This document shows, one piece after another, positions 39,500 to 52,924 of a stretch of DNA of 64,000 nucleotides. A program made the position numbers and the translations under genes. Positions within the stretch are counted from its first letter, which is position 1; each line of letters opens with the position of its first letter. The stretch is from Blasia pusilla (taxonomy: Eukaryota), in contig CM114271.1 in NCBI GenBank assembly GCA_050084515.1, positions 18,290,001 through 18,354,000 of the forward strand. Reading direction: 5' to 3'. The notes below the pieces were generated by a model. That model ran no database searches. It was not told the origin of the DNA and saw only the letters and a list, made by a program, of their open reading frames with translations.

Positions 39500-39749
39500 T
39501 TGCTCTTGACCTGATGTATGGGGTTTAAGGCCACTTCCTAAAGTATGAAGGAAACTATTCATCTGATAAGAACTTACCCAAAATAGTAGGTTTATCAATA
39601 TAGCTCCAAATGAGCCAAAATGAAATAAAAACTTTCCCTCTCAAATTACCCCAAGCCTTAGTAAGTCATCCTCAAGCTCTTGAGAGTATCCTCTAATCTT
39701 CTCGAAGGCGCCTTACCAATACTCATCAATCCATCCTAAAAGACGTGAC
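39500..39749 (-). mobile_element. Partial solo LTR of the gypsy family at 13.9 and 27.8 kb
   Basis: ATAAGAACTTACCCA..ATAGTA, AAGTCATCCT, AATCTTCTC.AAGG.GCC match 14200-14370. The minus strand starts TGTCACG at 39749. Confidence 0.65.
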
Positions 39750-40542
39750 ATAGTGAATATCGTGCCTACTTTTTCATTTTCAAAAGCCATCCATCAAGGG
39801 GGAGTTGATGAATTTCAAGTTGATCATGAGGATTGAAATTGTATCATTCAATAGTTAAAGCTAAAATTACAAGAGATCTAATCTCCTTCAAACGAGACTC
39901 ATTTTTTCGAGAGTTAGAGCCAAATTATGTGTGATCATGTTCAATTTTGATGGATGGTTATTAACTAGAATTGAATTCTTATAGATAATTAGATCTATTA
40001 AGATGTTGAGAAGGACGAGCAAAAACATTTTTTCTTTCTTTTCAAGCTATACGTATGTTTCACTATCTAGAATTCCTTTTTATCTACAATTTCAAAAAGA
40101 AATTTAATTGTGCATTCCGATTAGTTTTTCATAATCATTAATCTAGGGAAAAGTATATAATTACCAGTTTACTAATTTCACATTATATTTTTATATTAAA
40201 ATCTAAAAAATTGTTATCACATTAGCTTTTACTACCATCTATCTTATCCAACCTAATGCAACAATTTATAGCTGCACTAGGTTGGGTTATTTTTAAAGGC
40301 CATGCACACCATACTACTAGTGTTACTTATTACTCAATATTATGGTTGAAAAGTGCCTCCTCTCTACACTTGGCACTTCTAACTAATAATATTATTCCTT
40401 TTTTGAACAATAGGATAGTTCAAAATTAATTTAAAATAAATCAGTGGATGACACCGGTTCACTCTCATCCATGAAAATTTTAACTAACCACTATTAGAAC
40501 GGAAGGTCTTAAATTTATAATTAGCTCCTGAATGAATAAAAA

Positions 40543-40690
40543 CTAGTGGACATCCTGTGCCATCCACGGGAGTAAAGGAAATTTTTCTCCTATTGCCCAT
40601 AGAGGAGGAAAGATTTTCTTGCTGCCGGGTTGTCACTCGTCAATCAAAAAGATATTTTCAAATAAGAAAACACTCTAATAATAATATAGA
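40543..40690 (-). mobile_element. Non-autonomous mini-Helitron (148 bp)
   Basis: Minus strand: A|TCTATATTATTATTAGAG ... CCCGTGGATGGCACAGG hairpin ... CTAG|T. Confidence 0.75.
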
Positions 40691-43572
40691 TAAAATAGAA
40701 ATGGACGATAAAAAAAAATGTTGAGACGAACGAGATAGTGCCCGGGTCCCTTCCCCCGTCGCTAACCCTTGACACCCCCCATACGAAGTCGTGTATGGAC
40801 GTGGGCTCGCTCCCGGTAGACGCGACGGGAAGCACCGACTCACCACGTAGTGTGCCAGAGCTGAAATTTTAAAGGCGCAGATATGAAAGAAAGCTGCAAT
40901 GCAGATCTCGGCGGATGCGCAGAAACCTGTGTAGCTCGAGACAGGGATTTGTCTGTTTCATGCCATCGGGTGACGGACCAGGAAACCTACTCTAAGGTAA
41001 GCTGGAGGGGAGAGGAGAGGAGAAAAGAGAAGAGGTGAGGAACGCAGCGGCTCTTGTTCGATTCTCCTGTGTTGTCGTTTGAGGCAGCATCGGCTTCGCT
41101 TCGTGACTGCTGTTAGTTAGATCCTGTCCAACGTCTCCTCGTACGCGACTGTAGACAGAGAATGGTAGTTTCTTCATCACTCTGTCCCAAGTGCGGAGAT
41201 GTGGAACTTAAATGAAGCGAAGCGACCACCTTTTGGAGCCGAAAGCTGTTCGGCTTTCCGGACTGGCTTTTAAAAGACTGGGCCCGGGTCGCAGCGACCG
41301 GAGCTAGACTTCGGTGGTGCTACGATTGCGCGGCCGACAGATAATACTCTCTCTCTGGTAGAACAACTCTACATGTCGAGGCTACCCGGAGCATATCTGA
41401 GGAATTGGTTTGGTTCACTGTGGCGTGTCTTTCGAATTTTACTGTAGTGGAGAGCAATCGCGACAGTATTTTATACCATCCATGATTGCCGCGAGATGTT
41501 GACCGAGGGTTCGAGGGTCTGCAGACTCTGTTCGCCCAGCCAGTTCTCGGCCCACAGCTGCCCGTAGCAGGAATAAATGCGGAAGGTACATACGGTGGAG
41601 ATGAATTCTGAACAGCAACATGTCGTGTGTTCCGTTGAGCATGCTCGATCAGCTTCGGATGTTGACCGACTTGGGGAACTATAGGACACGAATAAAAGAA
41701 GTCGAGTACAAGTCTGAGTTGGAGTTGTACTGAAGTCTGCCAATGATCCGGTTAGTGGAGTCGGTGACCGGTTGACAGTTGCCCTGAGCACATGAATATG
41801 AACATGTGAGAGAAACCCGAAAAGGAAGAGCGGAGTCGTTCTCGTCTGATGTGGAGGACGCACTTGCTCCTCGTGTGATCTGATACATCGGCGCGTCGGC
41901 TTTTCTCAGGCCGTAGTCATGATTCTGCTCTTCAATATGTGTATGCCAGTGTAGATACATGAGAGAGAGAGAGAGAGAGAGGCTATTCTGAGTAATTGGG
42001 AAGGTTCTGCCGGAGGGGAGGAGGCCCTTGGATAATAAGCTTCGTTGTTTCGGGGTTATTCTCATGGTATAGATCGGTAAAGCTGAGTGCTGGAAGAATC
42101 CTTCCCAGTGGACCATCCGTGGGGTCGGAGCTGAAAGGCGTTGTAATGTACTGCCTCCCAGAGAGGTACTGACTTCCAGCCCCGGTCCCAAGTACGAGTA
42201 CATTCCGTATATTGTTAAGAGGCTTTTCACCACAAGATTCAGTCCGGTGCAAAATTTGAGAACGGTGATAACGACGCCACAAGAGTAGCTGAACTCGACC
42301 GAGGGAGCGAGTGTGGTCTGCCATTTAACGGGGGACAGTGGCGAAGAGATCATCAAGCGAGGAGCTGGTGAAGTCCTCAGAAATATGTGAAAACATTAGA
42401 CAGCAGAGTTCAAGGTTGAGGTAGTAACGTAAAATCGTGACCTGAAGCAGGAATGGTGCAATCTGGAATCATGTCATCGAACTAATAACAACGGAGCTTC
42501 AGTTCGATTTATCCGCCATTCAGGGGGAAATTGTTTCTGTTTTAGATTTGAGAAGGAGGCCAAGGAGCTCTCCAAGAAGGGGCCTTTTTCAACTTTCTAG
42601 TCCAGGATCGTGTTTCGGGAGTGCATCCCCGCTGCATGCGTGCCTGGGTCAGACGGTTCCGAACTTTGGAGCTGCGGCCATCTTACTCGACACTAGTCGT
42701 CTGCGATCAAACGCTTTCACAACGGCCTATGTGTACAAACTCTCCGCAAGGAGCGGCATCCCAGATGCAGTTTCCAACATCAATGCTTCGTAAGAACAGA
42801 CGTCGGCTTCGACCGTGTAAACAAGTTCTGGAGCAATCGGAGTCGTCCGTGGATTCTTGTATTGTATTTCTGCTCAGGAAACCCCAAATCGCCGTGCTGG
42901 TGTTACGATCCTTCGACGATCTGCGTGGAGTTGGCGGAAACAACCGCAACTCCTCAAAAAATCTTGAAATCCGCAACATCATGAGGTACATCGCACTGCC
43001 ACTCCGGAGGTTATACCGATCCTTTCTCAATGTGCAAAGGGGTTTGAGTACTGTCTTAGTCGTGCCTGTTCTGACGACTTGTCTCGTTAGTATCTGCGAA
43101 GTTCGGTTGTGATCATGCAGCTGGGAATTGTGAGTTCTGCAAGTTCCTTTCCTTCCAGACGTGAATTTTTGTGCTTGGAATTGCGGATTCTGGCAAAGCG
43201 TCCCTGCCCAGGGCTCACGCCATTAGTGGCATTTGTAGGTGATGTGTTCCGACGGGCCCGAGGTCTCACCTGGATACAGCCCTGTGTCAAACGACTGTAT
43301 CTATGCGTAAAGGCTGTGATAGATTTCATATGGCAGTTGGATTCTGAGAGCTTCGGTCACTTCCCTGAAGGTGTTCCATACGTCTCGGGATTCTTATAGA
43401 GCAGATCGAAGGAAATTATAGGTGATTGCTCTTTGGGTCTTTCTCCAGGTGCTTGGTGCCCTAGAAACATACACGCAGCTTAAAGTGGCTTATCAGTTCT
43501 GCTTGATCTTGTAATCTTCACTTGCTCTTGCTCCTGCTCCATTCTATTTCTCACGGAAATCGGTGACGAGAC

Positions 43573-45771
43573 ATGGAAGAGGATGATGGCTATCAGTCTG
43601 AAGATGGATATCACTACGTGGAAACCGACCCATCAGGTCGATATGGGCGTTATAGCGAGATTCTCGGAAAAGGATCATTCAAGATTGTTTACAGAGCTTT
43701 TGATGGGATGAAGGGCATTGAAGTTGCATGGAATAAGGTCAAACTCGACAATGCCACAAAGTCTCCAGAAATCTTGGGTCAATTGTACTCTGAGGTGCAC
43801 ATTCTTCAAAATTTGAAGCACAAGAACATTATGAAGATCCAGTATTCCTGGATTGACACCGGTTCAAGGAGTGTAAATTTTATAAGTGAGCTGTTCACAT
43901 CAGGGACTCTCCGAGAGTACAGTAGAAAGCACAAATCTGTCAGTCTTCAAGCTATTAAGAAATGGTCAAGGCAAATTCTCCAAGGGCTTAATTATCTACA
44001 CAGCCAGGACCCTCCGGTGCTGCATAGAGACTTGAAGTGTGATAATATCTTCGTAAATGGAAACAGCGGAAATGTGAAGATTGGCGATTTTGGGTTGGCT
44101 ACTGTGTTAAAACAAGGTCACTTAACCCAGTTAGTCGGCACTCCAGAATTTATGGCTCCAGAAATGTACAACCAAAAGGGGTACAATGAGCTAGTAGACA
44201 TATACTCTTATGGTATGTGTGTAGTGGAGCTGCTCACGCTGGAATATCCTTACAGTGAGTGTACAAATTTTGTTCAAATCTACAAGACGATCATCTCAGT
44301 AAGTTTCTGTTTTCTTCATTTCTCACAGGGATTGATCTGCTTGTTAACATCGTTTTTGCATAATCTAAAGTTTCTCCAACTTATCTGAATTCTATCAATT
44401 CTCCAGCCTGACACACATGATTTTTCTCTGACAGTATTTCATGTGGCCATTTTCCCGGTAGATTTACATATTAACTGCTCTCTGCCACCTCATTCTATGC
44501 AGGGCAAGAAGCCAGGTGCATTGAATAAGCTGAAAGATCCCGAGGTTCGAGCATTTGTCGAGAGATGCCTGGCAGTTGTGTCTGAAAGGCCAACTGCTAC
44601 AGAACTTCTTGAGGATCCCTTTTTGAGGATCGAGAATTTAGGGGAGTCAGGAAACTCATTGGCCGCACTAGATGCTAATTATCTTGGCACACCAAGAGGT
44701 AGGGACTATCCTTTGGATCCCTTTCTGCTGAAGGAAGACAATTGGGAAGCCATGAAGTTATCCAAATTCAGTTCTCCTACCTTTTATACTGCTTCAAATG
44801 GTAAACAAGCAGAACTGAAGGAAGATTTTCAGCGCTCTCTGAGTAGCTCAAATTGCAATGGTATACTCCATTACAACAGGGAAGGTTGGTCCGACAGTTC
44901 TTTACCCTCATATCTTCGCGAAGATAGCTCTGTCTCACGATGTCTGCCTCATGAAGACAGCTCCTCATCATCACACCTCCGACATGTGAACAGCTTTTGT
45001 AATGATAGCTTCTTATCACCACCCCTGCGCCGTGGATACAGCTTTCAAGATGACAGCTTCTTATCATCACACCCACGACATGAGGACACTTTCCAAGATG
45101 ACAGTTTCTTATCATCGCACCTACAACATGAGGACACCTTCCGAGATGACAGCTTCATAGCATCTCACCTTTGCAATGAGGATGTATTCTCATCTGCCCA
45201 ACCACGTTATGAAGACAGCTTCTCATCATCACATCTACACTATGAGGACAACTTCTCATCACCATATCCCCTTCGCCAGGACAACATTCCATCATCACAT
45301 TTTCGCCGGCAGGATAGCTCTGTATCAAGTCTGTATGAGTATGAGAAACCTTCTCGAAGGAGCATCAATGCCAAGGGAGAAAGGAGGGATGATGACACTA
45401 TAAGCATGAAGTTTAGGATTGCAGACAATGGTGGTTCCACCAGAGTAGCAAAGTTTTCCTTCAAGTTGGACACCGACACAGCCTTAAGTGTCGCTCATGA
45501 GATCATACTAGGGCTGGACCTTTTTGATCAAGATGTGAATACTATTGCTGAGATCATTGATGCAGAAGTATCTGCTCTAATACCAGACTGGAACTCCTCA
45601 AGCCCTAATGAGGAAATTATCCATGATGGTAAGAGTGTAAAATGGGCAGGTTGCCTTGATGGATGGGACCATTTTCCAACGCCCAACCTTGAGCGGGCAT
45701 GCTACGGGAAGTGCCAACATGAAGTTCATGGAGTAGGGGAGGAATGCTGGAGGGAACAAATATATGGATAA
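43573..45771 (+). CDS. WNK: WNK (With No lysine) Ser/Thr kinase, ~664 aa
   Basis: Exons 43573-44298 and 44503-45771 (phase-0 GT-AG intron). Motifs [22 protein letters not shown] (Lys in subdomain I), [27 protein letters not shown]. The C-terminal domain FRIAD...[14 protein letters not shown]...LIPDW is typical of plant WNKs. Confidence 0.95.
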
Positions 45772-45832
45772 GACTTCTGAAGCGAACTTGGAGAGAAAGT
45801 AAGATGTCCTATCAAGAAAGGAGGGTTTCTCT

Positions 45833-45964
45833 TGCATTGTATGAAAATAATGACTGCTGCTTGTCTCAGTTTGAGGGAGAAGAGCAGGGAAGGGATATCT
45901 GCATTGTGTGAAAATAACGACCGCAACTTGTCTCAGTTTGAGGGAGAAGAGCAGGGATGATATC
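45833..45964. repeat. 67-bp tandem duplication downstream of the WNK stop
   Basis: TGCATTGT.TGAAAATAA.GAC.GC..CTTGTCTCAGTTTGAGGGAGAAGAGCAGGGA starts at 45833 and 45900. Confidence 0.9.
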
Positions 45965-47207
45965 AGCCACTTGTAGGAATGAGGATAAATGTTCCGGCAT
46001 CTTCTGCTGCAAAAGACATTTGGCTGACTCGGTTGTTTCTTACCCACTTTATTGGTGTGGATGATGCACAGATCAAGAAGAGGAGAATTATATGAACCAT
46101 AGCTAGATCAAGAAGATCAAGCAATTGAAGATTGTGACTAACTACATCAACTGAGAGTTCAAGAAATGATGAAGAGATTGACTTGTGTCACTGTGGGAAG
46201 TACAGGAGCAAAATCTCCAGACAGGCCGTGACCACAATGGTCAGAAGTCAGAAGAAGTGCTGTAGGGATCAGGTCTAGTGAGGACTAAGGCGACAGCAGA
46301 GAATCCATAACCAAGTCATGGCAGATATTCTTCCAAGTCTCGCTGGAGTGATAGCGTTGGTTCAAATTTGGATACATCTTCTGCATTCATTCATTCTTGG
46401 ACTCTGCATCCAACCCCTGGGTCAGGAGTGAGTGTTTTGTCAAAATACCCGTTCTTGGTCCTCGGGATGAAGCTCTGTGTGTGCAATATGCATGTACAGC
46501 TTTTGTCCCCTTCTGTCGAGAAGCATTGAGTTTGACTTCTACCAGACTGTTACATTCAAGGTCTTTCTTCTTGTGCATTCTCTTTGTCCTTCATTTAAAG
46601 CTTGTAGAAATGTACAATTTGGATGTGTGACTTTTTATGATATTTATAGGGTTTTATTCTTCATGTCACTGGGCTGTTAGTCAAACTGGATACACATTGC
46701 TTCCTGTATAATTCTTATATTTATATTTTTTGCTTACCTCCTTGCATTCTGATTGCATGGTCTGTTTGTATGTGTACATGCAGGTTGGTGAGATGCTGAA
46801 GGACTCTCTGGTTGCCCTGCGTGAAATAGTAGGGGGCAAGCTTGCTATTCCAACCCAAACTGCCCATGAAAGTGTATTGACTTCTGATTCGGTGCTTTTG
46901 TGTGCTGGATGGTCTGCAGGAATGACAGAAGGTAGACCATTCTATGTGAAGCATTATCTCGTCGTAGTCTGAACTGGGAGATATTCTGTGATGTCAAGGC
47001 GAACTAATTCAGTGCTGTCTGTTTTGTAAACCTGCAGATTTTGATAGAGGTAGTAGCAGGCAATGAGAAGGAGGAGCTATATATCTGTTCACCTTTCTTC
47101 TCCTACTGTAACTTAAATCAGCTTTTCTGTTTGTCTGCCGTTGTAATGACAAAAGACAAACCTAGTTTGAGTTGCATGATACCTTCTCAGAAAAGGATTA
47201 GATGAAC

Positions 47208-48519
47208 CTCAATCTCTAATACCTGCTGTAATTTATAATGGTTGCTGCAAAGTTGGTTATCTTTAACCAATTAGGTCCACGATGTTAGCAGCTTGATTTA
47301 CTCCATAACTGCTGAGAAAGTGCCATCACAGCAGGATTTTTCCAAGCTCACAGGTCTGTCGAAGTAGAGCATTTAGTCGCCTGTATCTTCACAAGAACAC
47401 TCGCTTCTGGTTGGGCTCTCTGGGGTGACTGTCCACTCATTTGTATTTTTGGTCCATGAGATCCATCTGGGTGAATGCCAGACTTGGTTTATCCATTTGT
47501 AAGAGCACTTCCTTAATTCTACGGTTCAATTGTGGTTCAATTCTACGGTGTGGATAACTACATAATACAGTACAATAACAAATAGTGCATCCGATTTCTG
47601 GCCTATTCAATGGGTAGGCTAAGGAAGCTGTGTGATTTTTGTGCCACTGTTTTGTATACCATTTTCATTTTGGATTTCAATGTTCTAGTATTGCTGGTTT
47701 GGTATGATGTGCGGGTGGAAACTGTCACCGGTGACTAATTTGGAGGAATGCAAGCTACCTAGCTAGCTTCCCTGCCTTACGTCATCAATCGGGTTGTCAC
47801 GGATAGTAGTTAGCGTTTGCCTTCTGGATCCAAACAAGCCATCACCCAAGCTCCAATGGGTTGTAGGATGTGAAATGGTGTCTTGGTGCATAAGAAACCA
47901 AGCCGGCATTGGACTTCCGTATCCACATCATCTAAGGTGAAATCACATGCTCAACATCAGATGATAATTGGCACTCAAAAAGAAACCAAGCAAAACAGAG
48001 ATTAAACTCAGGTAAGGTTTCCACTACCTAATTGATGGTTACTTTCCAGTTTATGTGTTCGCATGGACCCGGACGATTTTCATCTCCAGGCTTTGACCTG
48101 AATTCTTATTTTCCAGTGAAGCTATAGAGGATATCTCGACACCTCATGGCTATCCTGGTGGAGTGATGGCCGTTAGGCTGAAAAGGTTAGTGCATTGAAC
48201 TCGTGTACCTGATAGGCGGACAGAAATCAAACCATCGTCCCGACGGCATCAATAGTTGGGCGATCAATATGTGGCCTACATGCACCTTTCTACTCTCGTC
48301 ATCTAAATGTGGTAGTCGAAGTGATGTAAGACATGGAAAGCGTATAAAGCGACGTCGTGAGTGCCTTGGGACGTTACCTCATCCCTAAAGCTCCGCTGCA
48401 ATTCGGTTGGGCTGGGCCGCATCAGCGAGATTTGTTAGTGGGTCTTTTGAGAAGTTAAGAGAATTGGCACTTTTGGTAGAACGGTACGCTGAAAAGATGC
48501 TTATGGGGCTGAGCACCCC
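47208..48519. repeat. Direct repeat copy A (includes ~440 bp absent from copy B)
   Basis: Collinear with 50437-51282 from CTCAATCTCTAATACCTGCTGTAATTTAT to GATGCTTATGGGGCTGAGCACCC. Confidence 0.9.
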
Positions 48520-49645
48520 ATTGGTGATGAATTCTCGGTGAATGTGTGCAAGATGTCTGTGGATTCTGACTGGTTCCCGATGACCTCAGGCAAGCTACTG
48601 GTGGTGGCTATGATACTTAAAGGTCCATAAGTGCCTATGGACTCACGACATATGTACTGTCTCCTTCATCTACTTTCAACAAAATACGAGAGGTTTGGGT
48701 GGGGACCAGGGAACAAACCCTGGAAATATTGAAGCACACAATTGGACCAGTGAAGCCAATCCATCTATGGCGTCACTCTTTACAACGTGCTGTGACAGAT
48801 CACGAAATCCAGAGTTCTTATACATGGTGGATCTGAAGGACCCACCTGCCTTCACCCAAAGCTCCTGTTGGCTACGAGCGAGCAAAGTGCCACTCTAGTC
48901 CCCAATTCTCCACCCACGATGTGGGACGACTGACGCAAGATTCGGATCTCTTGAAAGAGGATCCTATCGCCCAGCTTGAAAGCTTCAACTTTCTACAGTT
49001 TTTCCACCACGATTAGAATGTAGTTTATTTTCCTCTGATAAAGTAATCTCCCCCTCCAACTTCAACAAATACCGACAGCCCTCACTGCGCAAAACAATAA
49101 AGGCGGTCGGTTCTGGGTCTATCGCCCATCGCAGCACCCACCTGCTTCAGCTCGAGTGTGTGTGTGTCAAGTTTGAGAAAACGAAAGTGCGCTAAAGCCT
49201 CTTTATCATGCCTGCAGGATGACGTAGATGGTGGCTGCAGCCTGCCCGGACTTCGCTGCCCGTTCAAGGCGACCCTACGGTCAGTAAGTGCCTGCAGGAT
49301 GACGTTCATGACTTTCGCGTTTCGAGAGACTCTGGAGTCCGTTGAGTGTTCTCTCGAAACGTGGACACCTCAGGGTACTTGATCCGAGATTCGGTCGCTT
49401 GCGTTCGATTCCGGAGGGTTCGTGCGATTGGTTGGCACTTTCGCCTGCTTCGTGAATCAATTGGACTCGAAACTGGTCGGGTGCGAGGTGCGAGTCGGCG
49501 AGAGCGAACGGGTATCTACGGTAGGTCACTTTTTCGGAAGTCGATCGTGCGCTTTAGTTTCGTGTTGTGGTCGTTGTTTCGGCTCGACCTCTACTACGAA
49601 TCTCTGCTGTTGAAGAGGGAGGCGACGATCAGGTGCCCGGGCACG

Positions 49646-50161
49646 ATGGATGAGGGTGTGAGGAAGAGAGCCTGTGTCTTACAGCAAACGCGTCGGCCGA
49701 TTCAGAGCCTCCTGGTTGTGTTGTTGGCGATATGCCTCGTGGTGAACACTGTCAGTGCAGAAGTTGCTTCCGATCCCTACCTGGACGCCTATGAGCAACT
49801 ACGGGCATACGGTTTCCCCGTCGGCCTCCTACCGGACACCGTCAAGGATTACTCTTTGGAAGACGACGGAAACTTCGCTGTCCATTTGAAAGACAAGTGC
49901 AATGTCATGATACCTGGGGAGTTTCCCGTTTTGTATTCCCAGACCATTACAGGAACCCTGTCTTACGGCACTTTGAGGAATTTGTCTGGCATATCGGTGA
50001 AGGCTTATTTCTTCTGGTGGTCATTGACTTCCATTACGGTGACGGACGGGAATCTCGTCTTCGAGGTTGGGCTTCTTACAGCGAAGTATCCCATGAATAA
50101 TTTCGAGGAGAGTCCTTCATGTGTCAAAAAATCACTGCGGATGATCATTCTCGACGAGTAG
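49646..50161 (+). CDS. DUF538-family protein with an N-terminal hydrophobic signal/anchor, intronless, 171 aa
   Basis: AYEQLRAYGFPVGLLPDTVKDYSL..DGNFAVHL...C...YSQTITGTLSYGTLRNLSGISVKAYFFWWSLTSI...F.VG...F.ESPSC is the DUF538 pattern. The ATG at 49646 is preferred over the upstream non-ATG start in the ORF track. Confidence 0.92.
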   Translation: MDEGVRKRACVLQQTRRPIQSLLVVLLAICLVVNTVSAEVASDPYLDAYEQLRAYGFPVGLLPDTVKDYSLEDDGNFAVHLKDKCNVMIPGEFPVLYSQTITGTLSYGTLRNLSGISVKAYFFWWSLTSITVTDGNLVFEVGLLTAKYPMNNFEESPSCVKKSLRMIILDE

Positions 50162-50436
50162 GGATTCCGGATCGGAGCCGTCTCTCGTCCATCGATTCGG
50201 TTTGTTCTCACTGGCCTACTGCAGCACACCTGACTTACTCATATACCGGCGAGGTGTGTATCTCTTGGAGAAACTGCTCTCCCAGTGAGTGTATAATCTG
50301 CAAGTCATTGATAATGCCGATAATTGATCAGTCGTAGTGTGTGTACTGGGTTGTCATACCGGCGATTCTTTTTAGGCTTATTGTGAAAGCCGATCAGCTT
50401 TCACGGCATCGAGCTGCACCGAAATTCAGTGGAAGC

Positions 50437-51282
50437 TCAATCTCTAATACCTGCTGTAATTTATCATGGTTGCGACAGAGTCGGTTAGCTGTAACCAATT
50501 AGGACCACGATGTTAGCTGCTTGATTTACACCATAACTGCTGAGAAAGTGCTATCACAGCAGGATTTTTTCCAAGCTCACAGGTCTCTGTCGAAGTAGAG
50601 CATTTAGTCGTCCGTATCTTCACAACAACACTCGCTCCTGGTTGGGCTCTCTGTTCACTCGGTTGTATTTTTGGTCCATGAGATCCCATCTGGGTGGATG
50701 CCAGACTTGCTTTATCCATTTGTAAGAGCACTTCTTAAATTCTAATAGATTGTGGTTCAATTCTATGGTGTGGATAAATAACTACATAATACAGTGCACT
50801 AGCAAATAGTGCACCCGATTTCTGGCCAATTCAATGGGTAGGCTATGAAAGCTGCGTGATTTTTGTGCTATCGTTTGAGTGCCATGTATCTTTTTGAATT
50901 TCCATGTTATAGTAGTAATGCTGGTTTGGTAAGATGTGCGGGTGGAAACTGCCACCGGTGACTAATTGGGAAGATTTCAAGCTTCCTAGCCAGCTTCCCT
51001 GCCTTACGTCAATCGGGTTGCTACGGATAGTAGTTGGCGTTTGCCTTCTGGATCCAAATAAGCCATCACCCAAGCTCAAATGGGTTGTAGGATGTGGAAT
51101 GGTGACTTGGTGCAAAAGAAACCAAGCCACATCATCTAAAATGAAATGAAATCACATGCTCCACTGCAGTTCCGTTGGGCCGGATCACTGAGACTTTTCT
51201 AGTGAGTCTGTTTGGAAGTTAAGAGAATTGGCGCTTTTGGTATAACGTAACGCTGAAAAGATGCTTATGGGGCTGAGCACCC
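50437..51282. repeat. Direct repeat copy B
   Basis: Diverged copy of 47208-47952 joined to 48394-48519. Confidence 0.9.
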
Positions 51283-52153
51283 TGTCGGTGACTTTCCGGG
51301 ACTAAGGAGTCGGATGTCATTGTACCACTTCGTTTAAAGACTTCATGTGAAATCCATTGAATTTTCTTGTGGGGGTGAGGAAACGTTGCCCTCCTCTCAA
51401 GTGTTTCCCACAATTGCAGCGCTGTCAGCATGATTGATTTCTAGCGAGTGGGAATTCTGGCTGTTTCACTGCCTCGGAAGGTACTATCGTATCCATCTAC
51501 TGAGAGTAAAGAGTTGTGAAAAGGTGTGGCAGATGTAGCACAGCCGTAAACGGGAGTTTGTAGGACGTCAATGCTCGCAATGAAGTGTGTAAATTTCCAT
51601 GTTTACTACCGCGTTAATCGTCTATTTTTGTGTTCGCTGTAGATCATCAGGGATCAGGGGACAATTTAGCATATTCCTCTCGAGAATGGTATCAGAGGAG
51701 AATTATTGCAGCTCTGCAAATTTGTCTTCATTGAAGTCGTGTTCTACCGAAGCCGCGTGACAGCTTCCCCGAAGCCTCCCTGCCGGCCTCAGCGTGAATG
51801 GCCAAGCCGCTGTCCAGCTATCATTCAGTGTATCGGCACATGATCGCGTTCATCCATATCAAGAACGCTCCAAATTGATTCTACTCGGCCCGATTTGGAG
51901 GCTGGAATGCGAATAGGAAGCAGACACTTAGGTTGGCCACTGATCCGACGATGGTAAATGGCAGCATCATTGAAGAGTGTGGCTATGAGTTTTTAGTATC
52001 TTAAGAGGACGGGAATGCGGAAAACCTCCATACATGAAATACATGACATGATGAGACCATGAGGTGATTATACCTTTCTGAGGCAGTATCCAAACGTCTC
52101 GTCTCCCCTCGGTCGTAGACTCGAACCGACATTGCCTTCGCATCCAGAAGAAT

Positions 52154-52311
52154 TCTCGATAATTTTGAGAAAGGTTGCCTGCGAAGTGGAGAATAGATGT
52201 TAGTATCTGATGGCGACACAACGCGTGCACTGTCTCGATAATTTTGAGAAAGGTTGCCTGTGAAGTGGAGAATAGACGTGAGTATCTGATGGCGACACTA
52301 CGCGTGCACTG
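52154..52311. repeat. 79-bp tandem duplication
   Basis: TCTCGATAATTTTGAGAAAGGTTGCCTG...GGCGACAC.ACGCGTGCACTG starts at 52154 and 52233, with about 4 differences. Confidence 0.95.
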
Positions 52312-52924
52312 CCAGTAAACCTCCTAGGTGACCGGAAACATGGAAGTAACTGAGTTAAAGTAATTAGAAAGTTTGTACGTGAACAGAAATTCGAGCGCGC
52401 TCTTTCGTATATGAATGTGCTAGAACCTCCAAACCAGCGCCGAGTATCAATCCCAACGCGGTGGATGCGTAATTGGTACAAGCTTCATGCGTAAATGTGC
52501 GGTAGCCTTGAATGCTATATCGATATGGGGCTGAGCGTCTGAGGAAACCTACGTTCACGCTTGAGAATCGTACTTGAACTTTCGGCCTTCCAAAACGGTG
52601 ACTGTGATTTCGAAAGGAAGAATCACGCCCACAATTTCGAATCGAAATCACATTCACGCTACGAAAGTGGCCGGTTTCACACCGAAGCTCAATCACGAAT
52701 ATGAAGCCACGCTAGAGTACGCAGGATGCGATCTTGGCAAATTTATTTAAGTAATCACGTCTAGAAGCTCCGACACGATCACTGACCGTGTCTCACGAGT
52801 ACGACGTTCGTAGAAACGTTTCCATATGCTTTGTAGCAGAATTCATTATTTGCTTTAACGTACTGCCAAAGAAACAGTCCACCCTACTTATTAGTCGATC
52901 TAAGTTGCAGTTTGCGCCGACCTC

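Noticed and set aside
41679..43399. ORFs upstream of WNK (225, 163 and 96 aa)
   Set aside because: No motifs, and one crosses a (GA)n microsatellite. More likely a long 5' leader/intron; uORF function cannot be judged from sequence.
46060..46190. Possible decayed WNK coiled-coil tail (LDQEDQAIED..LHQLRVQEMMKR)
   Set aside because: Resemblance too weak to align by eye.
49346..49645. 100-aa N-terminal extension of DUF538 in the ORF track
   Set aside because: Non-ATG start and UTR-like composition; ATG 49646 gives a normal-sized protein.
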